DNA from: an uncultured delta proteobacterium
GTDB taxonomy: Bacteria; Desulfobacterota; BSN033; UBA1163
Length of the DNA: 64,000 nucleotides
Assembly: GCA_963708295.1 (NCBI GenBank)
Contig: CAVPSJ010000004.1
Coordinates: forward strand, 736,001-800,000
Direction of reading: 5' to 3'
Shown here: in pieces, positions 33,601 to 43,221 of the stretch
How the letters are laid out: every line of letters starts with the position of its first letter
Numbering within the stretch: the stretch's first letter is position 1
The notes under the pieces: generated by a model
The model's input: the letters and a program-made list of their open reading frames with translations, nothing else
What the model was told of the DNA's origin: nothing
Databases searched by the model: none
Position numbers and translations under genes: made by a program

Positions 33601-34164
33601 GAATATCAGGAATTGAAACAACGACATGACTTCCTGTCAGAACAGCAAACCGACCTTCACCAGGCCCTCGATTCCTTGAAGAAGGCGATTCTCCGGATCA
33701 ATCGGACGACGACCAAGCGATTTTTGGAGACCTTCCATCTGGTCAATGAAAAATTCAAGGAGGTCTTTGGGAGACTCTTCAAGGGCGGGCAGGCAAGCCT
33801 CGTTCTGTTAGACGAACAGGACCCTGCCACCACGGGGATTGATATCATTGCTCAACCTCCTGGAAAGAAACTTCAGAATATCGACCTCCTTTCCGGGGGA
33901 GAGAAGGCTCTGGTCGCCACGGCCTTGCTTTTTGGGATATTTATGATCAAACCCACCCCCTTCTGTTTACTGGATGAGGTGGACGCGCCGCTGGATGATG
34001 CGAACATCAATCGGTTTATCGAATTGGTCAAGGAGTTCTCAAAAACTTCCCAGTTTATCATGATCACCCACAACAAGAACACCATGGAAGCCGCCCAAAC
34101 GCTCTATGGGATTACGATGGAGACCCCCGGGGCGTCGAAGGTCGTTTCGGTCCGATTGAATTAA
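30616..34164 (+). CDS. smc: Chromosome segregation protein SMC
   Basis: GFKSF, GPNGCGKSN, long coiled coils, hinge, LSGGE, LDEVDAPLD. Confidence 0.98.
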   Translation: MKLKSLEAIGFKSFVDRLHLTFPGGITTIVGPNGCGKSNFVDAVLWAIGERSAKHLRGKLMEDVIFNGTEGRKPLGMAEVNLTFSNEDGLAPKEYEQYGEITVTRRLYRSGESEYLINKTPCRLRDITDLFLDTGIGANGYSIIEQGRVEYLINSNPQDRRLLIEEAAGIAKYKERKRLALMKMEATQQNLLRIQDIIAEVKRQIVTLERQVKRAEEYKVVRKEVKEIEIRFALQEYTELSEKAEAARGYLKALRDREMDVSSKTSQKDALVETKRLEATEEEERLRSLQEELFELGKKIQKEENEIEFFKREEGSLQKQENQYVEEVRQSLHTWRGTRRDRKKAEQTRQESGEERRETEEILREWESLFNDFRTTHHELAEELEAEKASLIDTLTQLTSLKNRLAHLEERKGDLQKRIRTNGQESEEASLKLKQLEEALSEKIKEKEFNLSLQSIQHEEKVRWAEEIEKSKATWGQKQAERLVLEETLRQDRSRYLSLKELQENFEGFEKGVKSILLRKREEGEKWERILGVVADIFEPDPQHEIALEAILGQRLQYLIVEGEKDGLEAMTFLKREALGRGSFIPKGVQGIEKGVPASHEEGAPNSLLHFVKVKEGFSHLAEFLIGGVGVVKHLEEALLWIGKEERFKTLVSLEGDMVERSGVISGGSHDQGLGILERRREIKDLEKKIEDREEVCRKANEEEDLLRKEIAGREGQLENRKREIQEKEIELLHQERDLEGLNKEILQFQQRKEVLQFEQNQLEEENQDLEKEKKEVSAQMETGETTRKEREAQVQSWKKKAEEIGEGTEELGEKITGKKVILASLEEKQKGLEGQIQNLSESQRILKEQILKKVKEIRECRGEATSLREKVQQWEKELEDGLKQHRSKEETLSTQKEKVETLLSEWKEMEASSKYLRRELEEVRQKIHEEETLTSEVQLKLSVLQESMKERYGATLSASIGAPGEFPKEEMSKRLAELKNALEGFGEVNLMAIEEYQELKQRHDFLSEQQTDLHQALDSLKKAILRINRTTTKRFLETFHLVNEKFKEVFGRLFKGGQASLVLLDEQDPATTGIDIIAQPPGKKLQNIDLLSGGEKALVATALLFGIFMIKPTPFCLLDEVDAPLDDANINRFIELVKEFSKTSQFIMITHNKNTMEAAQTLYGITMETPGASKVVSVRLN

Positions 34165-34311
34165 GCGAAGTTATCGTATTGAATTGTTTTCAGAAAGGAC
34201 AGCGGATCTTTTTCCAAACTCGCTATTCGTCGTCGCACGCCCCGAAGTCCTTATCCTATCATCACAGCGGATCACCCCATTCCGAGAAATATTCCCGGTG
34301 CCGGATAAAAA

Positions 34312-34399
34312 TTGACCCATTCGGCGGCGTCAAGAAGCGCCGCTCAGGGTCAACCCTGACGAAGCCGGGGCCTTCAGGCCGGGGAGTCGAAGGGTTGAC
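34312..34399. repeat. CCC.TTCG..GCTCAGGG..CCCTGA..GTCGAAGGG-type palindrome with nested GAAGCC..GGCCTTCAGGCCGGGGAG hairpin
   Basis: Nested inverted repeats; inner hairpin at 34361-34386; outer motif related to 12445-12478. Confidence 0.6.
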
Positions 34400-34632
34400 T
34401 TGAAGAGATGAATTGCGACCGTGTCGACGCTTGCGTCGCCGGCTGGGATTTGTCTCCCTCACGGAACCCGCGGGTTCGGTTTGCTGAGTGAACCAAGAGA
34501 AATAGGAGGGTCGTGAAAAGACCCTATTCGGATCAGGGATAAATCAGTAAAAAGTAAAAAAAGTAAAAGTTGAACAAACATCCGCTTTCTGGTAGCATCG
34601 TTTTGGACGATTCTCTAATCGGGAGGAGAGCG

Positions 34633-35895
34633 ATGAAGGAAAGTTCTAAAAAGGCGCCGAGAATCCATTACGGTTGGATTGTGATCGCCATGGGAACGCT
34701 GACAACCATCGGGGCTCACGGGTTTGGTCGGATGGCCTATACGCTCATTCTGCCGAGCATGAAGGACGGTCTTCATTTCAGTTACGCGGAACTCGGGCTT
34801 TTAGGGACGGGAAACTTCATCGGTTACCTTAGCCTTGCCATTCTCGGAGGGTTCTTAGCTTCTCGATATGGTTCGAGAGTCGTGATCAGTCTTGGCTTGG
34901 TTCTGATGGGGTTAACCATGATTCTTACAGGCTTTGCCCAGAGTTTTTCCTTCGCCTTTATCATGCGACTATTAACAGGGTTCGGGAATGGGGCTGCCTA
35001 TGTGCCGGCAATGGCGCTCGGTTCTGCCTGGTTCGTCTTGAGAAGAAGGGGATTTGCCACTGGCATCGTCTCAGCCGGAATTGGGGGAGGTACCTTGATT
35101 GCCGGTCTGATCGTCCCCCCTCTTTTGAAAGCCTATGGATCAGAGGGCTGGAGGTTTTCTTGGTACTATCTGGGGGGAGGGGTCCTTTTCATCTCATGCC
35201 TGGTCTATGCCCTTGTTCGCAGCCAACCTGAAGAGAAGGGACTCTCTCCCATTGGGTTCGATGAAACAAAAGATTCCCTAAAAACTCCTCCGGTGGAAGA
35301 AAAGGCAAAACCCATACAGTGGGGCCTTGTCTACCGAGTCAAGGAGATATGGTATCTCGGGTTCGTTTATTTCATGTATGGATTCTCGTATATCATTTAT
35401 ATGACTTTTTTTGCTGCCTATCTAACCAAGGAGATGGGGCTGAGCCAGGCCGAAGCAGGTGGTATTTGGGCCATGGTCGGAGGGGTAAGCATTTTTTGTG
35501 GTGTGATCTGGGGTGGAATCTCTGACCTCCTGGGTCGAAAATATGGGTCAGCCTTGGCCTATATTACCTTAGCGACAGCCTATGCCATCTTTGCCTTAGT
35601 GAGGAATCCAACCGGTTTCTACCTCTCTGCGGGTATCTTTGGCCTCACGGCATGGAGCATACCCACTATTATGGCTGCAGCGAGTGGGGATTATTTGGGA
35701 TCGAAACTGGCTCCTGCGGGACTCGGTTTTATCACCCTTTTCTTCGGGGTTGGGCAAGCGTTAGGACCTGCCGTGGGAGGCTACTTGGCGGATGTCACCC
35801 GATCTTTCCTGGTTCCTTTTCTTTTGGCAAGTGGAGTCTCTTTGGCAGGAATGTTTTTCTCTTTCTACCTCAAAAAACCATCATCCTTGAATTAA
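34633..35895 (+). CDS. MFS transporter (YbfB/YjiJ-like)
   Basis: About 12 hydrophobic segments, GFGRMAYTLILP, G.ISDLLGRK motif A; GGAGGAG RBS; TTGAAC-N17-TAGCAT upstream. Confidence 0.9.
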   Translation: MKESSKKAPRIHYGWIVIAMGTLTTIGAHGFGRMAYTLILPSMKDGLHFSYAELGLLGTGNFIGYLSLAILGGFLASRYGSRVVISLGLVLMGLTMILTGFAQSFSFAFIMRLLTGFGNGAAYVPAMALGSAWFVLRRRGFATGIVSAGIGGGTLIAGLIVPPLLKAYGSEGWRFSWYYLGGGVLFISCLVYALVRSQPEEKGLSPIGFDETKDSLKTPPVEEKAKPIQWGLVYRVKEIWYLGFVYFMYGFSYIIYMTFFAAYLTKEMGLSQAEAGGIWAMVGGVSIFCGVIWGGISDLLGRKYGSALAYITLATAYAIFALVRNPTGFYLSAGIFGLTAWSIPTIMAAASGDYLGSKLAPAGLGFITLFFGVGQALGPAVGGYLADVTRSFLVPFLLASGVSLAGMFFSFYLKKPSSLN

Positions 35896-35997
35896 AGGTG
35901 GGTCGCGAACAGAGGAGGATCCATCAAATTTGACAAGTTAATTCAATTGTGAGATATTTCTCATTGTTCTGCCTCGGGATTTGGGTGAGCGTCGGTC

Positions 35998-36025
35998 TTG
36001 ACATAAAATCTATATTTGTTATAGT
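35998..36025 (+). promoter_or_regulatory. sigma70 promoter upstream of iorA
   Basis: TTGACA-N16-TATAGT with extended -10 TG. Confidence 0.6.
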
Positions 36026-36230
36026 GGGTTTGGCAATATTAAAGATGTTAAAATAACAAGAGAAAACGGATGACCAGAACAGCCAAAATCACGAAGAACG
36101 AGGATGAGAAGGGAATCACTCAAATAAAATTGTTAAGGTGTTCAGCAAGGGGATGTTATTTTGCAGGGGAGGTCCGTTTGACCATTTTTTAGACTTTTCC
36201 AAGTCAGAATTAAACTTGAAGGAGCGCTTT

Positions 36231-38057
36231 ATGAAAAAGGTAATGACGGGAAATGAAGCCATTGCAAGAGGAGCGTTTGAGGCTGGTGTCAAGGTTGCAG
36301 CGGCGTATCCGGGAACTCCAAGTACGGAGATCCTCGAGACCATCGCAAGAGAATATAAAGATATTTATGCGGAGTGGGCTCCCAATGAAAAGGTAGCATT
36401 GGAAGTTGTCATTGGAGCCTCCTTGGCCGGTGCCCGGACAATGGCTTCGATGAAACATGTCGGGGTGAACGTGGCAGCAGATCCTTTGATGACCCTGTCC
36501 TATGTCGGGGTGAACGGTGGTTTAGTCCTCGTGACTTGTGATGACCCGGAGCTCTATAGCTCGCAGAATGAGCAGGACAATCGCCACTATGCCAGGTTTG
36601 CGAAGATCCCTATGTTTGAACCGAGTGACAGCCAAGAGGCAAAAGACTTTCTAAAATTGGGGTTCGAAGTCAGCGAAACCTTCGATACCCCGGTCATGGT
36701 TCGGGGCGTCACCCGGATCTCTCATTCAAAAGGAGTGGTCGAATTACAAGAACCGGTCGTTTCTCCCATCCCTATCGAGGTCCGGAAGCAGACTGCAAAA
36801 TATACGATGTTGCCTTCCTTCGCCCGGGTGAAACATGGAGTCGTTGAGGAGCGGTTTGTAAAATTGCAGGAATTTGCCGAGAAATTCCCGGGGAATCGCA
36901 TCGAGATCAATGATCCGGCGATTGGAATTATATCCGCAGGTATTTCATATGAGTACGCAAAGGAAGTCTTTCCCAATTATTCTTATCTTAAGCTGGGGAT
37001 GGTATGGCCTTTGCCCAAAAACTTGATCGCCGAGTTTTTCAAAAAAGTAAAGAAAGTCATTGTGATAGAGGAATTGGATCCTTTCCTGGAAGAAAACATC
37101 AGGGCCATGGGGTTCAAACCAAAAGGAGGAAAGAATCTATTCTCCATGTGTGGAGAATTCAACCCGCTCATCGTAGAGAAAGGGATATTGGGAAAAAAGT
37201 TCAAGAGCCCCCAGCCTGTGTTTAAGGAACCTCTTCCCCCCAGGCCGCCCAATCTTTGTCCGGGATGTCCTCATCGGGGGGTATTCTACGCTATAAAGAA
37301 GTTGAAACTTGTTGCCGCGGGCGATATCGGATGTTATACACTGGCCGCCTATCCGCCGTTGAGCTCTCTGGACACCTGCATCTGTATGGGAGCAAGCATT
37401 GGCCAGGCTCATGGGATGGCGAAAGCGCTGGGGGAGGCCGGAAAAGGGAAATTCGTGGGAGTGATCGGAGACTCGACCTTCCTTCATGGCGGGATCGCTC
37501 CCTTGATGAACATGGCCTACAATAAAAGTTACGCAACGGTTATCCTTCTCGACAACCGGACCACCGGCATGACCGGCTCACAGGAACATCCAGGAACTGG
37601 ATATACGATACGGGGGGAAAAAACGCATAAAATCGATTTCGTCCGGCTGGCCGAGGTATTGGGGGTTGAGAATATCAGAACGGTGAACCCCTGGAATTTG
37701 GAGGAGACGGAAAAAGTGATCAAAGAAGAGGTGGAAAAAGACTCGCCGTCGTTGATCCTCACCAAAGGTCCATGCGTTCTTCTTCGAAGAGAGTTTAAAA
37801 AATATAACAAACCCCTGATGGTAGATTCCACCAAATGCATCGGTTGTAAAACCTGTGTCAACCTGGGCTGCCCGGCTATATCGTACCAGAAGGTGGAAGG
37901 TGAGATGGCGTTGACAAAGGACGGGAAGAAACGCAAAGGTATCTCCTATATCGATTCCTCCCTGTGTCCGGGATGCCACCTCTGCTATCAAGTATGCAAA
38001 TTCGGAGCGATTCAAAGTCAGGAAGAGAAGCCCGTATTGGGTTTTGAAACGATGTAG
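36231..38057 (+). CDS. iorA: Indolepyruvate:ferredoxin oxidoreductase alpha subunit
   Basis: GNEAIARGA, YPGTPSTE, NEKVALE, SSQNEQD, CPGCPH, GDIGCY, GDSTF.H, two C-terminal 4Fe-4S motifs. Confidence 0.96.
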   Translation: MKKVMTGNEAIARGAFEAGVKVAAAYPGTPSTEILETIAREYKDIYAEWAPNEKVALEVVIGASLAGARTMASMKHVGVNVAADPLMTLSYVGVNGGLVLVTCDDPELYSSQNEQDNRHYARFAKIPMFEPSDSQEAKDFLKLGFEVSETFDTPVMVRGVTRISHSKGVVELQEPVVSPIPIEVRKQTAKYTMLPSFARVKHGVVEERFVKLQEFAEKFPGNRIEINDPAIGIISAGISYEYAKEVFPNYSYLKLGMVWPLPKNLIAEFFKKVKKVIVIEELDPFLEENIRAMGFKPKGGKNLFSMCGEFNPLIVEKGILGKKFKSPQPVFKEPLPPRPPNLCPGCPHRGVFYAIKKLKLVAAGDIGCYTLAAYPPLSSLDTCICMGASIGQAHGMAKALGEAGKGKFVGVIGDSTFLHGGIAPLMNMAYNKSYATVILLDNRTTGMTGSQEHPGTGYTIRGEKTHKIDFVRLAEVLGVENIRTVNPWNLEETEKVIKEEVEKDSPSLILTKGPCVLLRREFKKYNKPLMVDSTKCIGCKTCVNLGCPAISYQKVEGEMALTKDGKKRKGISYIDSSLCPGCHLCYQVCKFGAIQSQEEKPVLGFETM

Positions 38058-38085
38058 ACGATTCTTAAGAAGAGGAGAAGGGTCT

Positions 38086-38676
38086 ATGGACAATCATACA
38101 ACGAATGTGCTGGTGGTAGGGGTTGGCGGGCAAGGAGTCATCCTGGCGAGTGACATCATGTCCGAAGTCTTCATGGAAGCGGGTTATGATGTCAAGAAAA
38201 GCGAGATTCACGGAATGGCCATGAGGGGAGGCATCGTGAGCTCCCATTTCCGATTTGGCAAGAAAGTTCACTCTCCGCTGATCAAAGAAGGGGAAGCAGA
38301 CATCCTCTTTGCCTTTGAACAACTGGAGGGTCTGCGATGGCTGAACTTTCTGCAACCCAAAGCAAAAATCATTATGAATGATCATAAGGTGAATCCTCCC
38401 ATTGTTAACCTCGGCGACATGGAGTATCCTCAAGGCATTCCCGAGATTATCGGTTCTAAATTCAAAGACTTCTATTTAGTCAAAGGGACAGAGATCGCAC
38501 TCCAGATAGGAGACGCCCGTGCCGCCAATGTCGTGCTCCTCGGGGCTATGTCAAGATTCTTCGACATCAAGGAGGAACTGTGGTTAAACACCATTCTGAA
38601 ATACCTTCCTCCGAAAGTCCACGAGTTGAATAGAAAAGCGTTTGCTACGGGTCGAGGGGAAATTCATCAAGCCTGA
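38086..38676 (+). CDS. iorB: Indolepyruvate:ferredoxin oxidoreductase beta subunit
   Basis: GVGGQG, SEIHGMAMRGG, NVVLLGA, N.KAF..G. Confidence 0.95.
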   Translation: MDNHTTNVLVVGVGGQGVILASDIMSEVFMEAGYDVKKSEIHGMAMRGGIVSSHFRFGKKVHSPLIKEGEADILFAFEQLEGLRWLNFLQPKAKIIMNDHKVNPPIVNLGDMEYPQGIPEIIGSKFKDFYLVKGTEIALQIGDARAANVVLLGAMSRFFDIKEELWLNTILKYLPPKVHELNRKAFATGRGEIHQA

Positions 38677-38690
38677 GAGAGACTGGATAG

Positions 38691-38736
38691 AAAAGGCGAA
38701 GCCCGGTAGTTGTTTGCGGCTTCGCCTTTTTTTTTT
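38691..38736. terminator. Bidirectional intrinsic terminator between iorB and paaK
   Basis: AAAAGGCGAAGCC..GGCTTCGCCTTTTTTTTTT between convergent genes. Confidence 0.85.
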
Positions 38737-38792
38737 GGCCTCTTCATTTAATGAATGATTGCAGATTCCCGCCTTGCCAAAGATCGCTCTAT

Positions 38793-40100
38793 TTACATCT
38801 TCCTTTCATCGATCACCCGTTTGGCCTTCCCCTCACTTCGCGTAATGGTTTTGGGCGGCACCAGTCGGATCTTTGTCCCGATGCCGGTCATCCCACGAAT
38901 TTTGCTCTCGACCATCTTCTCAACCTCGGCAATTTTCTTAGGACCTGCATCGTAAGTTTCCTGCCTCGCCTCCACATCCACGTGGAGTTGGTCTAAATAG
39001 CCCTTCTTTTTGACGATGATGACATACTGGGGCTCAATTTCCTTCACATCTAAAAGAATGCTTTCAATCTGGGAGGGGAAGACATTGACCCCGCCGATAA
39101 TGAGCATGTCGTCGCTCCGGCCATAGATTTTATCCATTTTGATGAGCGTTCTCCCGCATTCGCATTTTTCTCTCCGAAGGGTCGTGATATCCCGGGTGCG
39201 ATACCGAACCAGCGGCATCGCCTGACGTTGAATCGCCGTGAAGACCAGCTCACCCTTCGTCCCCAAAGGCAGGACCTCTCCTGTCACCGGATCGATGATT
39301 TCTGCGATGAAGTGATCTTCATTGACATGGAGTCCATCTTGTACCATACAGTCATAGGCTGTCCCCGGACCCCCGAACTCTGTCAAGCCGTAGGCTTCCA
39401 TGGCCTTGATCCCCATCCGCTCCTCGATCTCCTTCCGCATGGCAATCGTCCAGGGTTCCGCCCCAAAGACGCCAATGCGGAGCGGCAGGTCTTCGATCTT
39501 CACTCCCATCTCATCAGCCCTCTCGACAATCGTCAACGCGTAGGTAGGGGTGCAAAGAAGGACGGTGACCCCGAAATCCTGCAGGATCAGGATCTGTCTT
39601 TCTGTCTGGCCCGAAGAGATGGGAATGACCGCGCAACCGACGCGTGTCGCTCCCTGATGGAAGCCCAAACCCCCTGTGAACAGCCCCATTCCGTACGCGT
39701 TCTGGCAGATGTCATTTGAACGGACCCCTGCGGCATAAAGATTCCGGGCCATGCACTCAGTCCACTGATCGAGGTCGTTTTGGGTGTAAGGTCCGGTGAT
39801 GGGCTTTCCGGTAGTGCCAGATGAAGCATGGATCCTGATGACCTCCGCAAGCGGAACTGCACAAAGACCAAAGGGATAATTGTCTCTCAAATCGTTCTTG
39901 GCGGTAAAAGGCAATTTCGAAAGCTCTTCCAGTTCCTTGAGGTCTTCGGGCTTCAACCCTACTTCGTCGAACTTATTTTTGTAAAACGGTACCTTGTCAT
40001 ACACCCATTTTATGGTCTTTTTCAGGTTCTCCAGCTGGAATTTCCTCATTTCCTCTGCGGGCATGGTCTCGATCTTTTCATTCCAGTACTTCATCGTCAT
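38793..40100 (-). CDS. paaK: Phenylacetate--CoA ligase family
   Basis: RDNYPFG, HASSGTTGKP, GLFTGGLGFH, FGAEPW, YGLTE, RYRTRD, GRSDDMLI, SEGKAKRV. Confidence 0.93.
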   Translation of the reverse strand: MTMKYWNEKIETMPAEEMRKFQLENLKKTIKWVYDKVPFYKNKFDEVGLKPEDLKELEELSKLPFTAKNDLRDNYPFGLCAVPLAEVIRIHASSGTTGKPITGPYTQNDLDQWTECMARNLYAAGVRSNDICQNAYGMGLFTGGLGFHQGATRVGCAVIPISSGQTERQILILQDFGVTVLLCTPTYALTIVERADEMGVKIEDLPLRIGVFGAEPWTIAMRKEIEERMGIKAMEAYGLTEFGGPGTAYDCMVQDGLHVNEDHFIAEIIDPVTGEVLPLGTKGELVFTAIQRQAMPLVRYRTRDITTLRREKCECGRTLIKMDKIYGRSDDMLIIGGVNVFPSQIESILLDVKEIEPQYVIIVKKKGYLDQLHVDVEARQETYDAGPKKIAEVEKMVESKIRGMTGIGTKIRLVPPKTITRSEGKAKRVIDERKM

Positions 40101-40341
40101 GCCTCCTTCCCTTAGTCAATAACCTCACACGAGAAAGGGCTTCCTTTTTCATGGGATTGGACGTTTTGAATATCAGAAATGGAATAAGTTTTAATTTCAA
40201 TTAGATAATTGACTCAAGCACGCCTGAAAGTGGGAGTCTAAAAGTGAAGCCTCAGACCAAACTTGGCATGTTATCTTTATCACAACCCCCCACTTTGTCA
40301 AGAATTTTTGTTCGAATGGAAGAAAGACCGTGCTACTACAC

Positions 40342-41106
40342 CTATCCAGAACAAACCTCTGGCTTAACACACCCAAAACTCGACGTCGTGTGGGCTAACT
40401 TGAGAAAGTCTTTTAGGGAAAGGACACCCAACCTCTGAACCTCTTTAATCATTTGCTGAAAGATCTGCGCCGTGGCCAAGGCATCCCAAAAAGAGGAATG
40501 GAGTTCCTCGACCGCCACATGATAGCGTTCAGCCATTGCACCTAATGTGTTATCGATTTTCATCGTGGCCATGATCGATGCCGGTGTCTTCTTTGCCAGC
40601 AACGCCTGATCCAAGACGGCTGTATCCACGACAATGTTTTGAATCGGAATGCCGTAAAGGCGGCACATCTCCCGATTGAGGAAGCTCATATCCAGCCATT
40701 CGTGATGGGCCACAAGCACAGACGACCCGATATAAGCGATGAAATTCGGCAAGACGTGCTCGATCGTGGGCTTCCCATTCACCATCCGTGGCAGAATCTC
40801 GTGGATCACAGCTGAAGCCGAGGGGATGTCGCGATCCGGATTAATGATCTCGTGGAAAGCATCCGAAAGGTCGATGCGACCCTCCTTGAGACGCATGGCA
40901 CTGATTGAGAGGATGCGGTCTCCTCTTTTGACGTTTAAGCCGGTGCTCTCTGTGTCAAAGATGACAAACTCTGCCTCGGCGATCGGTTGGTTGAAGTTGA
41001 AGCCATGAAAGGCGTGGAGATAATCTCGCATGACCTGCGGTAAATCCTTCCGCCGCAGGTGACGCTGGTAATATTGATTTCTCAAACGGCGCCAGAGCAT
41101 CTTCAT
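40342..41106 (-). CDS. DEDDh 3'-5' exonuclease (DnaQ-like)
   Basis: FDTESTG (Exo I), AHHEWLD (Exo II), HSSFWDA (Exo III). Confidence 0.88.
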   Translation of the reverse strand: MKMLWRRLRNQYYQRHLRRKDLPQVMRDYLHAFHGFNFNQPIAEAEFVIFDTESTGLNVKRGDRILSISAMRLKEGRIDLSDAFHEIINPDRDIPSASAVIHEILPRMVNGKPTIEHVLPNFIAYIGSSVLVAHHEWLDMSFLNREMCRLYGIPIQNIVVDTAVLDQALLAKKTPASIMATMKIDNTLGAMAERYHVAVEELHSSFWDALATAQIFQQMIKEVQRLGVLSLKDFLKLAHTTSSFGCVKPEVCSG

Positions 41107-41140
41107 GACGGTTCACTCAGCTCCTGATCCCAAATGCACC

Positions 41141-43082
41141 TTATGCCTTTATATCATAGCGCAATTCCAAAAGCCCCTGCAGTCGATCGATGGTCTTAAA
41201 GGCTTCCTTAAGCATGGTCCTCTGGATGATGCTCAACTCATCCGGGTTGACGTAGTTGTCCGGAACGCCTCCCTGGCGGAGGACATCGACGTGATGCCGT
41301 ACCCGGGTGAGCATGATGACATTGAACGCATCTCTCAGGTCGTCGGCCTCGGCAGGGGTGAGAATCTCTTTTTCAACGAGGGCAGAAATTCGGTCGAGGG
41401 TGTTCGTTTCGAACACCTTTTGGTCCGAGGGCGAGTGTCCGGATGGCATCGACCAGGGGAGTCAAGCCGTTCAGCTTCAGATTCAGCTTATTCTTGTGCT
41501 CTCCGGACTTTTCGACGACCAGCCTCTTAAAGAAGCCCAGGGGCGTTTCGTGAAGAATAGCGGTCTTGGCCATTTCTCTCGCAAAGCTATTTCCCTCACT
41601 AAGTAGCTCCAAGATATGCCTTGCTGTCTCGGTCACCAGCTCATATTGACCGTAGATGGGGCGGCAATCGAAAAAGACGAAGGTGGCCAGGACCTCCTCG
41701 GCGGGGTAGTCCACATCGAGGATCCAGTGCCTGAAGTACTCTTTCCACACATGAAGGGGCTGGCACCACTTGGGGTTGATGGCCATCACCCCACCCTTGC
41801 AGCGTGGGAACCCACACCGCTCCAGCCCTGAAACCACCTTTTCAGCAAGGTTGAGAAAATAACTTCGAGCTTCCTCCTCCACCTCGGGCGAGTGATCCAC
41901 GAAAATAAGCGCATTGTCCTGGTCGGTCCTCAGCGTCTGCTCGCGACGCCCTTCACTCCCGAGGGCCAGCCACGCATATGGGAGCGGCGGCCTGCCATTT
42001 CCTTCTCCCACCATGGCCTCCTCGGCCAGAGCGATGATTTTTCGCGTCAGGTGGTCGTTGAGCGTCGTAATCAGCTCACAGACATCTTTCGCCATCCCTC
42101 CGTGCTCCAGGATGACGTTCATTGCGAGATCGATGTTTCTTCTGATGAGAACCACCTGCTCGATCGTGGTCGCCTGCTGAATCCCCTTAATCACCGCAAC
42201 AGGGTTATTCCCCTGGGAGACCATCAGGTCATGTTCGGAGATGATGCCCACGAGCTTCATCCCATCCATGACAGGGAGATACTTGATCCGGTTGGTGGTC
42301 ATGGAAAGAATAGCTTCAAAGCAGAAATCGTCGGGAGCAACGCACTGAACCGGCCGGTTCATCACATCGATCACCGGCTGGTTGATGAGTTTCCCGGATG
42401 CCAGCACCTTGCTCCTAAGGTCGCCGTCCGTCAGGATTCCCATGGGAATCCCGATATCGTCCACCACAATCACAGAGCCAACCCCTCGTTCCGTCATCCG
42501 CCGAGCGACACCCACGACCGTTTCTTCCGGCGGGCAGGTCAATACATTGGTGTGCATCACTTCTTTGATCCGGCCGGTGAAGAGAACCTGCTCCGCTCCC
42601 GGCTCTCCTCTTGCAAGGGGATCCATGGGCAGCGATCCAGTGTCAAACTGTTTAAATCCCTTGCTCGGCCCCGATGTAAAATAGAGGAAGACATCGGGAT
42701 ACTCCCCGATGAGTTTCTTAAAGACCTCCTTCCTGACGAGGTAGCAGAGGGTATCTTCCTCTGCCACAATCGTGAAAGGAGAGGGTTCTCCGCTCAATAG
42801 GGAAATCAGCCCGAAGAAATCTCCTTCATCCCGGTAGTCGTAGACCCTGTCCCCTCCCTTGCCGTCTTTTTCTGACAGCAGAAATCTTACACCCCCCGAG
42901 CGGATGATATAGAGAAACTGCGTGGGCGATCTCGTAGGACTTAAGATCGTGTTTCCTTTGGGGAAGTATTCGATGATGAGAGTGCGCACAAATTCATCCA
43001 TGGCCTTTCGGGAAAGGAGATGGAAAGGTGGGACCGTTTTGATAAAATCACTCAATTTTTCTAAGGGTAAGGCCTCAGGCAT
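41141..43082 (-). CDS. cNMP-binding + CBS pair + DUF294 nucleotidyltransferase (frameshift near 41425)
   Basis: cNMP motif GDFFG, CBS GILTDGDLR, GSEGRREQ..TDQDNAL, GFPRCKG.VMA.NP.W; removing one base joins LAL-DQKVFETNTLDRI. Confidence 0.92.
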
Positions 43083-43168
43083 CTGATCGTCCTGTTTCTC
43101 CGGAGGGACTCAACTTTTCTTAACACAAAAGACGCTATTTTTGAATCGCTTATTTTGATTGGTCCGAG

Positions 43169-43202
43169 AAAAAAAGGGGGCGTGAAGACGCCCCCTTTTT
43201 TA
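43169..43202. terminator. Intrinsic terminator downstream of the symporter
   Basis: AAAAAAAGGGGGCGT-GAAG-ACGCCCCCTTTTTT. Confidence 0.85.
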
Positions 43203-43221
43203 TCTCTCTGTGCCCGTAGGG

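Noticed and set aside
34165-34569. 6S RNA or a riboswitch after smc
   Set aside because: The usual zapA/ygfA/rny context is absent and I could not recognise a consensus; kept only as an unassigned structured spacer.
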